Positions 18,635 to 26,453 of a stretch of 64,000 nucleotides of DNA are shown piece by piece. This DNA comes from Minisyncoccota bacterium (GTDB taxonomy: Bacteria; Patescibacteriota; Minisyncoccia; Phycocordibacterales; XYD1-FULL-46-19): positions 3,373 through 67,372 of the forward strand of contig JBAYKU010000003.1 of assembly GCA_041664425.1 (NCBI GenBank), in the 5' to 3' direction. Positions within the stretch are counted from its first letter, which is position 1. The number at the start of each line of letters is the position of its first letter. The position numbers and the translations under genes are program-made. The notes under the pieces are model-generated. The model worked only from the letters and a program-made list of their open reading frames with translations, made no database searches and had not been told where the DNA came from.

Positions 18635-18862
18635 ATGAGAAAAGTAATATACGTTCTCTCTCATGGTACAAAATGGAAAGTGAAGTGTGATCACTGTGAT
18701 TCTGAAGTAAAAGATACACAAGTTGAAGCAATCAAAGTTGCCAAGCGACATGTAGCAGGATTGCCAGCGGGCACACTCTCTCAGATTCTGATACAACGAG
18801 ATAATGGTCAGTTTAGGGCAGAGTGGACTTACGGAGAGGATCCGTTTCCACCCGAAGGATAA
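18635..18862 (+). CDS. small protein, DUF2188-like
   Basis: WKVK...TQVEAIKVAK...ILIQRDNGQFRAEWTYGEDPFPPEG. Confidence 0.8.
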   Translation: MRKVIYVLSHGTKWKVKCDHCDSEVKDTQVEAIKVAKRHVAGLPAGTLSQILIQRDNGQFRAEWTYGEDPFPPEG

Positions 18863-18866
18863 AATT

Positions 18867-19073
18867 ATGGCAAAACCAAAATATATAGCAAAGTCTGGTC
18901 AGCCTTGGACTCCAGTTGAAGTAAAACAGTTGAAAAGCATGGGGGGCTGGGTGCCAACTCGTGTTATTGGCTTGAAACTTCAGAGACCAGTCGCAGGAAT
19001 ACAGGCAAAAGCTCAAGAAATCGGTATGAGTTTGAAGCCGGTAAATAAATCGCCGCGCTCAAAACTTAAATAG
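18867..19073 (+). CDS. small basic hypothetical protein (68 aa)
   Basis: ATG 18867; SGQPWTPVEVKQLK..PTRVIGLKLQR..SLKPVNKSP, HTH-like. Confidence 0.75.
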   Translation: MAKPKYIAKSGQPWTPVEVKQLKSMGGWVPTRVIGLKLQRPVAGIQAKAQEIGMSLKPVNKSPRSKLK

Positions 19074-19385
19074 GTCAACCTGAGCAAAAGGAACTGGCTT
19101 ATAACGCGCCTGATAGGTAGAGAAGATCAGCTTCCAGTAAATCAGCTCGGCTAACCAATGATGGCGGTAGAAAGGTTACACCTAGCTCACCAAAACCACT
19201 CACTCGAGTGGTTTTGGTTTATATCGAATAATCTATTGCATTTTTACCTTTGTCGGACTTTGGCTTCGGTGTCTCAAACCATTCAGGATGAACTTTGAAT
19301 ATACGCCTTAATTCCTGTATACTTTTATCAATATCCTCGAATTTGAGCCATTTTCTAGGTTCAAAGTTCCAGGCATCATCCCCAC

Positions 19386-19775
19386 ATGCGTTATCTCGGA
19401 ATTGATTATGGTTCGAAAAAAATAGGTCTCGCCGTCTCGGATGAGAGTGGACGGGTGGCTTTTCCTTTGCAAGTGATTCCTAATACCAAGAAACTTTTGG
19501 CTGAAGTGGTGGCTATTTGCCGACAGGAAAATATTGCTAAAATTATTTGTGGCTTGTCGCTAGATTTTTCTGGCCAAGATAATCCGATCGCCAAGGAGGC
19601 TAAAGATTTCTGTAATCAATTAATATCGGAAATTAACCTACCGCTAGAATTTGAAAATGAATTTCTGACCAGTGTTTTTGCTGGCCAAATCTCTCCTCAA
19701 AACAAAGAAATTGATGCTCGGGCCGCCGCCCTGATACTCCAGCGCTTTTTGGACCGCACTAAAAATAATTCTTAA
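19386..19775 (+). CDS. ruvX: YqgF/RuvX family nuclease
   Basis: MRYLGIDYGSKKIGLAVSD, NEFLTS, IDARAAALILQRFLD. Confidence 0.95.
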   Translation: MRYLGIDYGSKKIGLAVSDESGRVAFPLQVIPNTKKLLAEVVAICRQENIAKIICGLSLDFSGQDNPIAKEAKDFCNQLISEINLPLEFENEFLTSVFAGQISPQNKEIDARAAALILQRFLDRTKNNS

Positions 19776-19969
19776 CATCGGAGCCTATCCTTGGTGTGCT
19801 GATTGGTTTATAATTAACCCTATCTAAGTAAGGTTTAAAATTTTTTGAATATAAAAATTTTAAACCTAGATTTGACCAATATTAGCCGTATCTTGGTTAA
19901 ATCAAAAAAAGACTGATAATCGGAGGTAATTTTATTAACAATAATGTCAAATCTACTTAATAGGGTAAA

Positions 19970-21061
19970 ATGAAAGCTAATCGTTTTTTTAATATGTTTC
20001 CCGTGCCGAAATTTCTGCAAATGGCGGCAGCGGGGATTGATATTTCTGATCGGTCTTTGAAATTTTTTCAATTAATTGAGAAAAGGGGACAACTAATCGA
20101 TGGTTGGCATGAAGAAGTTGAATTGCCGGCCGGGATTATTGAAGGTGGTCGGATTATTCAAGCTGATAAATTAAAACCAATCATCAACAGCCTGTCTAAG
20201 AAATATGGTGTGACCAGGGCTATAGTCTCATTGCCAGAAGATCGCGCCTATACTTTACAATTGAACTTACCCCAGATGAAAAAAAGCCAATTACGAGAGG
20301 CCATTGCTTTTCAGCTAGAAGAGTATGTTCCCTTACCATCAAATGAAATTGTTTTTGATTATAAATTGGTAAAAAGTGGTGGGGATAAAAATAGTTTGAT
20401 TGTGGCGGTGTCGGCTCTGCCTAAGACAATTATCACTGAATATGTAGAAGTTTTTTCTGGCACCAGTATGGTCCCGATTGCTTTTGAGATTGAAGCACAA
20501 GCTATGGCCAGATCTCTTTTGTCACGTGATTCTAATGAGCTAGCTTTGATTGTTGACATCGGGCGCGTCCACGTTGGTTTCTTTGTGGCACGACAAGGAG
20601 AGGTTTTATATGCCTCAATTGCCAATAACATCGGTGGTGATGATATTAGCGCCATTATTTCTCGACAGTTGAATATTTCTCTTGAAGAAGCGGAAAAACT
20701 CAAAAATGAGATTGGCCTCAATCGCTCGGAGGACAATAAAGATTCCTTCTTTGCCGCTATTCCCGTTATCACTTCTATCAAAGATGAGATTAACCAGCGT
20801 TGTGAATATTGGCGAAATCGTGAAAAATATAATCCGAGAACCGAAAGAATTGCTCGAATCGTCTTGTGCGGGGGACAATCAACTTTGCCAGGTCTGCTAG
20901 ACTTTCTCCAATCCTACTTTGATATCCCGGTGGAGCTTGGCAACCCTTGGCAAAACTTTTATCCAGCGGAATTGGGAGTACCAAAGCTGTCGTTAAAGGA
21001 ATCTCTCCGCTATGCTACCGCCCTGGGTTTGAGTCTGCGTTCATTTGAAGAAATTTTTTAA
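19970..21061 (+). CDS. pilM: type IV pilus assembly protein PilM
   Basis: GIDISDRSLK, VDIG, LCGG, GNPW, YATALGLSLR (actin-like fold). Confidence 0.9.
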   Translation: MKANRFFNMFPVPKFLQMAAAGIDISDRSLKFFQLIEKRGQLIDGWHEEVELPAGIIEGGRIIQADKLKPIINSLSKKYGVTRAIVSLPEDRAYTLQLNLPQMKKSQLREAIAFQLEEYVPLPSNEIVFDYKLVKSGGDKNSLIVAVSALPKTIITEYVEVFSGTSMVPIAFEIEAQAMARSLLSRDSNELALIVDIGRVHVGFFVARQGEVLYASIANNIGGDDISAIISRQLNISLEEAEKLKNEIGLNRSEDNKDSFFAAIPVITSIKDEINQRCEYWRNREKYNPRTERIARIVLCGGQSTLPGLLDFLQSYFDIPVELGNPWQNFYPAELGVPKLSLKESLRYATALGLSLRSFEEIF

Positions 21062-21064
21062 TCT

Positions 21065-21595
21065 ATGATTAATCTTTTACCACTCGAAAATAAAAAAAAT
21101 ATTTGGCGCGATTATCGCAATCGTCGCTCGGTAACAATTGCTCTGGTGGTGATGTTTTTGTTGTTGACGGGGATTATTTTGTTGACCGCTTTTTATTTTT
21201 CTTCTTTGTTTGGCTTGCAACCGCGGGCTAGTGTCGTAGTGGAAAAAAATGAAAAAGATCGACCGGCTTATGAACTAAAATTGAAAAATCTAAAAGAAGA
21301 ACTCGCTCTGCTCTCCGGTCCAAGTAATAATTTTTCAGCTATTAGTGTTTTTGAAAGAATTTCCCAAACCAAAGTGGCGGGTGTCGGAATCGAATCTTTT
21401 TCCCAAGAGATAAAGACTACTGGAGAAATAATTTTTAAATTACAGGTCACCGCTGGTTCCAGAAAGATGGCTTCTGATTATATTTCCAAACTCCACAGTG
21501 TCGAGGGGGTCAAGGATGTTGTCTATCCTATTTTGACTAGTGACAAAAATCTAACCATTCCTTTGGAAATAATTTTGGCTGATAAGAAAAAATAA
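21065..21595 (+). CDS. PilN-like protein
   Basis: MINLLP N-terminus, single TM, directly after pilM. Confidence 0.75.
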   Translation: MINLLPLENKKNIWRDYRNRRSVTIALVVMFLLLTGIILLTAFYFSSLFGLQPRASVVVEKNEKDRPAYELKLKNLKEELALLSGPSNNFSAISVFERISQTKVAGVGIESFSQEIKTTGEIIFKLQVTAGSRKMASDYISKLHSVEGVKDVVYPILTSDKNLTIPLEIILADKKK

Positions 21596-21597
21596 TC

Positions 21598-22134
21598 ATG
21601 TCTAACTCCAAAACAAAAATTTTTTGGTTACTGGCCTCTATCGATGTCTTGTTGTTTGTTGGTTGGATAGTTTTATCTTTTTTGACTTGGCAAAAAGTGT
21701 CGGTGGAAACTGCTATTGCTGATTTAAATGATGGCGAATTTAAAATTGAGCTGGCTGAACTCAAACGTTTTCTTACTTCTTCTCAAGGTAAAATTGATAC
21801 GATCGGGTTGGCAGTAGTTGATTCAGAAAATGTTAATTCTCTAGTTGACCAAATTTTGAATTTGGCGCAGGGGGCTGGGGTGGAGGCGGCGATTGATCGT
21901 GCCACCGCCAGCAAGGACAGTTTAGATTTAATTATTTCCGCTAAGGGAAATTTTCGTAACTCCGTCCAATTTTTACGTTTAATGGAAAAATTGCCCTACC
22001 GGCTCACTATTAGCAAAGAATCCATGGTCAATCTGGCGGGGACGGGGAGCGACCTTTTAAAAGCTAAAACCGAGCGGGTCTCGAGTCTGTGGCGGTCGGA
22101 AATCAATATTAAGATTTTAAGTTATCACCAATAA
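21598..22134 (+). CDS. PilO-like protein
   Basis: N-terminal TM, GNFRNSVQFLRLMEKLPY; position in the pilM cluster. Confidence 0.65.
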   Translation: MSNSKTKIFWLLASIDVLLFVGWIVLSFLTWQKVSVETAIADLNDGEFKIELAELKRFLTSSQGKIDTIGLAVVDSENVNSLVDQILNLAQGAGVEAAIDRATASKDSLDLIISAKGNFRNSVQFLRLMEKLPYRLTISKESMVNLAGTGSDLLKAKTERVSSLWRSEINIKILSYHQ

Positions 22135-22135
22135 A

Positions 22136-22459
22136 ATGGACTTCGGCAAAAAAATTAAAAATTGGTTTGGGGGTCTTTTTGATAAGGATCGTTTAAATTT
22201 TGCTTATTCTCCTTGGGGAGACTGGCGGATTATTGTAATTGTTTTTTTGTTGGGAGAGGTCTTAATTATTTCTTCGCATTATTTCTTTTACCAGTGGTCG
22301 GCAGTAGCAGAAGATCAATCTTCATCCCAGGATGGTTCTCAGACTATTGTTGAGCAAAAAAATAAACTGGACCAAGTCTATTTCTTGTACCAAAATAAAC
22401 AAAAGGTCTTAGAGGATGCCCAAAAAAATCCGCCGAGTTTGGTTGACCCATCTTTATAA
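22136..22459 (+). CDS. hypothetical membrane protein in the pil cluster
   Basis: Single TM; ends LVDPSL; starts 1 nt after previous stop. Confidence 0.65.
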   Translation: MDFGKKIKNWFGGLFDKDRLNFAYSPWGDWRIIVIVFLLGEVLIISSHYFFYQWSAVAEDQSSSQDGSQTIVEQKNKLDQVYFLYQNKQKVLEDAQKNPPSLVDPSL

Positions 22460-22464
22460 AATTG

Positions 22465-22536
22465 TGCCCCCGCGAGGAATCGAACCTCGATTAACGGCTT
22501 AGAAGTCCGCAGTTTTATCCATTAAACTACAGGGGC
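22465..22536 (-). tRNA. tRNA-Arg(UCU)
   Basis: Minus strand GCCCCTGTAGTTTAATGGATAAAACTGCGGACTTCTAAGCCGTTAATCGAGGTTCGATTCCTCGCGGGGGCA. Confidence 0.93.
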
Positions 22537-22841
22537 TTTTTTGTCCTACCAAAACTTTCTTGTTGCCTATAAGTTTTTTTTCGATGGCAATTTGCACACC
22601 TTATCTCGCACTTATTAATCTCATTGGAGACCGATTTCCATGAGTAGTGGCCAGACAACATCTTTGCTACAGTTTTGAATTTACTATTTGGGTCAATATG
22701 ATCAAATTCTAAAACAATTGGATCATTCTCTCCACAATCGACGCATTTTTTAGACGAGAGAAAATCCAATAGCTTTTCCCTAACTTTAATGCGATGGTTC
22801 TTTTGAGCCTGATATAAGTCCTCCTTGTGTTTGTAGGGCAT
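22527..22841 (-). CDS. HNH endonuclease
   Basis: CVDCG..VLEFDH...KCEIRCANCHRKKT; stop codon lies inside the tRNA-Arg 5' end. Confidence 0.88.
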   Translation of the reverse strand: MPYKHKEDLYQAQKNHRIKVREKLLDFLSSKKCVDCGENDPIVLEFDHIDPNSKFKTVAKMLSGHYSWKSVSNEINKCEIRCANCHRKKTYRQQESFGRTKKPL

Positions 22842-22939
22842 ATAGTGGGATTATATCATCAAGTTCTAACCTCAACAACAGGCATTTACCATAATTAATT
22901 TATACTATAAGATTAGCATCAAATCAAAGAATTAAGGAA

Positions 22940-23686
22940 ATGAAATCATCGTTTGTTGAAGCTAAAAAAGAATTAAAAAAGCTGGCCAACCCGATTCAGG
23001 CGGAAATTCTCCAGCGCTTCTTCAAAACCGGTCGAGGTCAATATGGCGAGGGCGATATTTTTCTGGGAGTGAAAGTGCCACAAACTAGAAAAGTGGCTAA
23101 ACAATTTCGCGAGCTACCTCTGGCGGAAGTCGAAAAACTGCTACATTCTAAAATTCACGAAGAGCGTTTGCTGGCGCTACTAATTTTGATTCAGAAATTT
23201 CAGCTGTCGGGCGAAGGGGAACAGAGAAAAATTTACCGTCTCTATTTAAAAAATCTAAAAGGAACTTGTCGCGTGGGAGCGCAGCGATTTTACGCGATCA
23301 ACAATTGGGACTTGGTGGATTTGTCAGCACCGCAAATTGTCGGCACTTTTCTGCTTGATAAAAATCGGTCGGAACTTTATCGTTTGGCGCGATCTAAACA
23401 CCTCTGGAGTAGGCGAGTGGCGATGATCTCAACTTTTGCTTTCATTAAAAAACAGCAATTCGACGACAGTTTAAAACTGGCCGAGATTTTATTGACTGAT
23501 AAACACGACCTGATTCACAAAGCCGTCGGTTGGATGTTGCGCGAGGTGGGGAAGCGCGACCTAGTGGCCGAAGAAAACTTTTTGAAAAAATATGCCGGCA
23601 CCATGCCCCGCACTGCCCTCCGCTATGCTATTGAAAAATTCCCACCAGTGAAAAGACAATTTTACCTTAAATATGGCTCAAAATAA
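22940..23686 (+). CDS. DNA alkylation repair enzyme (AlkD-like)
   Basis: FFKTGRGQYGEGD, NNWDLVD, LIHKAVGWMLREVGK, MPRTALRYAIE. Confidence 0.92.
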   Translation: MKSSFVEAKKELKKLANPIQAEILQRFFKTGRGQYGEGDIFLGVKVPQTRKVAKQFRELPLAEVEKLLHSKIHEERLLALLILIQKFQLSGEGEQRKIYRLYLKNLKGTCRVGAQRFYAINNWDLVDLSAPQIVGTFLLDKNRSELYRLARSKHLWSRRVAMISTFAFIKKQQFDDSLKLAEILLTDKHDLIHKAVGWMLREVGKRDLVAEENFLKKYAGTMPRTALRYAIEKFPPVKRQFYLKYGSK

Positions 23687-23702
23687 GGTTATCTGTACAC
23701 TA

Positions 23703-23731
23703 TTGACATATATATAAAACGGGTGTATAAT
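23703..23731 (+). promoter_or_regulatory. consensus sigma70 promoter of the DGR target gene
   Basis: TTGACA-17 nt-TATAAT, exact consensus. Confidence 0.85.
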
Positions 23732-23812
23732 ATAGGGTAGATCCGCTGGAGTCTAAAACACTGGGTTTTGGGCTAGCTAGCGAAAGAAATTGACAAAGAA
23801 AGGGAAAAGACG

Positions 23813-24445
23813 ATGTCTACCAAGAACACGTCGAAAGAATCCGAAGTTGTAATGGCAACAGGAGAGCAGGTTGAGCACATCATGGATATGTGGCGTAGGC
23901 GTCTGAATAGCCGCAAACTGACCCTGGCAGAGGCCCAGCACATCATCCAGAACGGCGGTCAGTATTTGCCTATCATGGATAAGGCGGCCGATGTCCTCGT
24001 GGATCAGGTGCGGTCGGATACGCAGAACACGATCATCCGTATGGTTCGCAACGTTCAACGCAATCGGTCTGCGGAGCAGGCCATCAATGCTACCGGACGC
24101 ACGAAGTATGTCGACAGCTCTGTCCTTGCGAGCATGCCGGTCGGTAGTGGCCCCGAGGAAGTGGAACTCGTTTACTTCAAGCTTGGCCGCTATGTTGGCA
24201 ACGAAGAGCTTGAACGCGAGTACGATGTCCGTGGCCTTCGACCCGATCCTCAAGCACAATCGGCTGACAACGAGGGAGATCCGTCTTTCGCGGACGACCA
24301 CCCGAATGGTTGTCTCTGGGGTCGCGATGGTCGGGTGGCAAGTTTCGTCGCGTTCGGTCGTTGGTTCGGCGGGCGCGAGGTGAGCGTCGACCGCGTCGAC
24401 TGCGGCTGGTTCGGCCGCTGGTGGTTCGCCGGTGTTCGCAAGTAA
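23813..24445 (+). CDS. DGR target protein with C-terminal variable region (CLec-type fold inferred)
   Basis: Last 34 codons are the VR; ends W..RWWFAGVRK; no signal peptide seen. Confidence 0.92.
   Translation: MSTKNTSKESEVVMATGEQVEHIMDMWRRRLNSRKLTLAEAQHIIQNGGQYLPIMDKAADVLVDQVRSDTQNTIIRMVRNVQRNRSAEQAINATGRTKYVDSSVLASMPVGSGPEEVELVYFKLGRYVGNEELEREYDVRGLRPDPQAQSADNEGDPSFADDHPNGCLWGRDGRVASFVAFGRWFGGREVSVDRVDCGWFGRWWFAGVRK
24341..24441 (+). repeat. DGR variable repeat (VR)
   Basis: 101-bp ungapped match to 24832-24932 with 22 differences, all opposite TR A. Confidence 0.97.
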
Positions 24446-24497
24446 TTTTCCCTCAGGCTTAAGTTTCTTTGTGCTTCGGTACTTAGACACTTAGTCC

Positions 24498-24530
24498 TTA
24501 CCCCACCCTCTCTGTGAGAGGGTGGGGTAA
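24498..24530. promoter_or_regulatory. hairpin/cruciform downstream of VR (candidate homing signal or terminator)
   Basis: TTACCCCACCCTCTC-TGT-GAGAGGGTGGGGTAA, 15-bp perfect stem. Confidence 0.75.
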
Positions 24531-24831
24531 AATTTTGCATAAAAAAATAAAATGTTAAGATAAAAAAGGTAGTAGGTGAATATCAGTAAGCAATTAAGGT
24601 TGCTTGCCACCGAATCCAGTATCCATACATTGAGAATATCTGCGACTACGGTTTCAGATAGGGTGGTGTATGTAGACACTTCACAAAAAATGAAGCTACT
24701 TGGTGCGAGATACCAAGGCATTACGATGCCGAATAAGATTCAACCCCGAGAGCAAGGTGAACGGAGCAGTCATCGTATGATGGCAACTCCGAGAGTATTC
24801 GAGGGGTGGTGACATAGACGATATCTCGTAC

Positions 24832-24932
24832 AATTTCGTCACGTTCAATCGTTGGAACGACAAGCGCAAGGTGAACGTCAACCGCAACGACAACGACTGG
24901 AACGACAACTGGTGGTTCGCCGGTGTTCGCAA
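24832..24932 (+). repeat. DGR template repeat (TR)
   Basis: AAC-rich copy of VR (..TGG AAC GAC AAG CGC AAG GTG AAC GTC AAC CGC AAC GAC AAC GAC TGG AAC GAC AAC TGG..). Confidence 0.97.
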
Positions 24933-24938
24933 CTCTCT

Positions 24939-25292
24939 TCATTTCTCTCCAGCTTTCACTGGAGAGTTTTGTTTTGTAAGCTTTCCATTCCAACCCCCAA
25001 GCATTTTACCAATCTCATCTAATTTTAAAGACAGAGCAATATATTTTTTAGTATCTAAAGACTTGGCCTCCCATAGGACCAGCAAAAGGACTTTGAGCGT
25101 ATCCATTTTTCTGATAGCTAATCGAACATATGGTGCCTTGTCTGCCGGAGACAAAAACGAAGCACTGGCCACGGCCTCTATCGCTTCAATAAACAAAGCG
25201 TCAACTCTTAAACCCAAAGAAAATTTTTCAACCTTGGGTAAAGTCTGATGATATTGGTGCCACAAAAGATAAGCTGATTTCAAATACTGCAA
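24939..25292 (-). CDS. avd: Avd-like four-helix-bundle accessory protein; true start uncertain (G11 tract upstream)
   Basis: LPKVEKFSLG.R, LKVLLLVLWEAK.L..KKY, LDEIGKMLGGW; lies between TR and RT. Confidence 0.85.
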   Translation of the reverse strand: MQYLKSAYLLWHQYHQTLPKVEKFSLGLRVDALFIEAIEAVASASFLSPADKAPYVRLAIRKMDTLKVLLLVLWEAKSLDTKKYIALSLKLDEIGKMLGGWNGKLTKQNSPVKAGEK

Positions 25293-25335
25293 AAGTGGTA
25301 GTAATTTTGTCGGGGGGGGGGGTACTATTGGTCAA

Positions 25336-26331
25336 ATGAGTGGAATTAAATTTATTCACAAATATGAGGATATCATTTCCCTTGATAATTTACTAGGAGC
25401 TTGGCGACAATTTGTTCGAGACAAAAAATCTAAAAAAGATGTTCAAGAATTTGAATTAAACTTGATGAGTAATATCATTTCTCTACATCTCGACCTCAAA
25501 CACAAAACCTACTCCCACGGTCCCTACCTAGCCTTCAACATCTCTGACCCCAAACCGCGTAATATCCACAAAGCCCTCGTTCGCGACCGTCTGCTCCACC
25601 ATGCCATCTACCGTGTTCTGCATCATCACTTCAACTCAAAATTCATCTACGACTCGTATTCTTGTCGTTTGGGCAAAGGCACGCACAAGGCAATTAAAAG
25701 ATTTGAACAAATGGCAAGAAAAGTTTCGTGTAATAACACCAAAACTGGCTGGATTTTAAAATGCGATGTCAGAAAGTTTTTTGCTTCGATTGATCAAACT
25801 ATACTTCTAAATATTTTAAAAAAACACGAGCCTGACCCAGATATTATCTGGCTCCTCGAGCGGGTAATCAGTAGTTTTTATAGCACCGAATTTGGCAAAG
25901 GTTTGCCTTTGGGTAATTTAACCTCGCAACTCTTGGTTAATATCTACATAAATGAATTTGACCAGTTTATGAAGCACCAACTCAAAGCCAAATATTACCT
26001 CCGTTATGCTGATGATTTTGTGATTATGGACACAGACAAAAGATGTCTCGAAAAACTTTTGCCTAAAATCAAGGTTTTTCTGCTAGTCCAGCTTAAACTC
26101 ACGCTTCATCCCGACAAGGTGTATATCAAAACTCTAGCTTCGGGTGTGGATTTTCTCGGCTGGGTGCATTTTCCTCATTATCGAGTGCTGCGGACGGCGA
26201 CAAGGAGGAGGATGTTTAAGAGAATTAGAGAAACGAGTGGCAAAAAAGAGACCGTGCAATCTTATTTGGGGTTGCTGAAGCATGGTAATGGATATGGATT
26301 AAGAGAAAAAATTATAAGCTCGGCTGGTTAA
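25336..26331 (+). CDS. DGR reverse transcriptase
   Basis: KPRNI, RDRLLHHA, DSYSCR.GKGTH, CDVRKFF.SID, GLPLGNLTSQ (DGR-type SQ), RYADD, GVDFLGW. Confidence 0.97.
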   Translation: MSGIKFIHKYEDIISLDNLLGAWRQFVRDKKSKKDVQEFELNLMSNIISLHLDLKHKTYSHGPYLAFNISDPKPRNIHKALVRDRLLHHAIYRVLHHHFNSKFIYDSYSCRLGKGTHKAIKRFEQMARKVSCNNTKTGWILKCDVRKFFASIDQTILLNILKKHEPDPDIIWLLERVISSFYSTEFGKGLPLGNLTSQLLVNIYINEFDQFMKHQLKAKYYLRYADDFVIMDTDKRCLEKLLPKIKVFLLVQLKLTLHPDKVYIKTLASGVDFLGWVHFPHYRVLRTATRRRMFKRIRETSGKKETVQSYLGLLKHGNGYGLREKIISSAG

Positions 26332-26379
26332 TGTAATTTGGAAAAAGTTAGTTTCTGTGGTTATATTAGTCAGATATTT

Positions 26380-26452
26380 GGGCGGTTAGCTCAGTTGGTA
26401 GAGCATTTGATTTACACTCAAAGGGTCACAGGTTCGAGTCCTGTACCGCCCA
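26380..26452 (+). tRNA. tRNA-Val(UAC)
   Basis: GGGCGGT/ACCGCCC acceptor, anticodon loop TTTACAC, GGTTCGAGTCC. Confidence 0.95.
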
Positions 26453-26453
26453 C

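Larger units (their letters stand above)
23813..26331. mobile_element. diversity-generating retroelement (target-VR, hairpin, TR, avd-like, RT)
   Basis: All canonical DGR components are adjacent; VR/TR mismatches occur only at TR adenines. Confidence 0.97.

Noticed and set aside
23777-24490. 237-aa minus-strand ORF over the DGR target
   Set aside because: Shadow of a GC-rich gene; the + strand has the promoter and the codon-aligned VR.
24576-24812. 78-aa ORF upstream of TR
   Set aside because: No recognisable motif or RBS; more plausibly the TR-RNA leader, though not excluded.
24871-25248. ORF beginning MNVNRNDNDWNDNWWFAGVRN
   Set aside because: It is the TR read in frame plus the antisense of avd; TR is a non-coding template.
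25336-26331. RT as a group II intron or retron enzyme
   Set aside because: No maturase/endonuclease extension or VTG motif; it has the SQ motif plus TR/VR and avd, so DGR.
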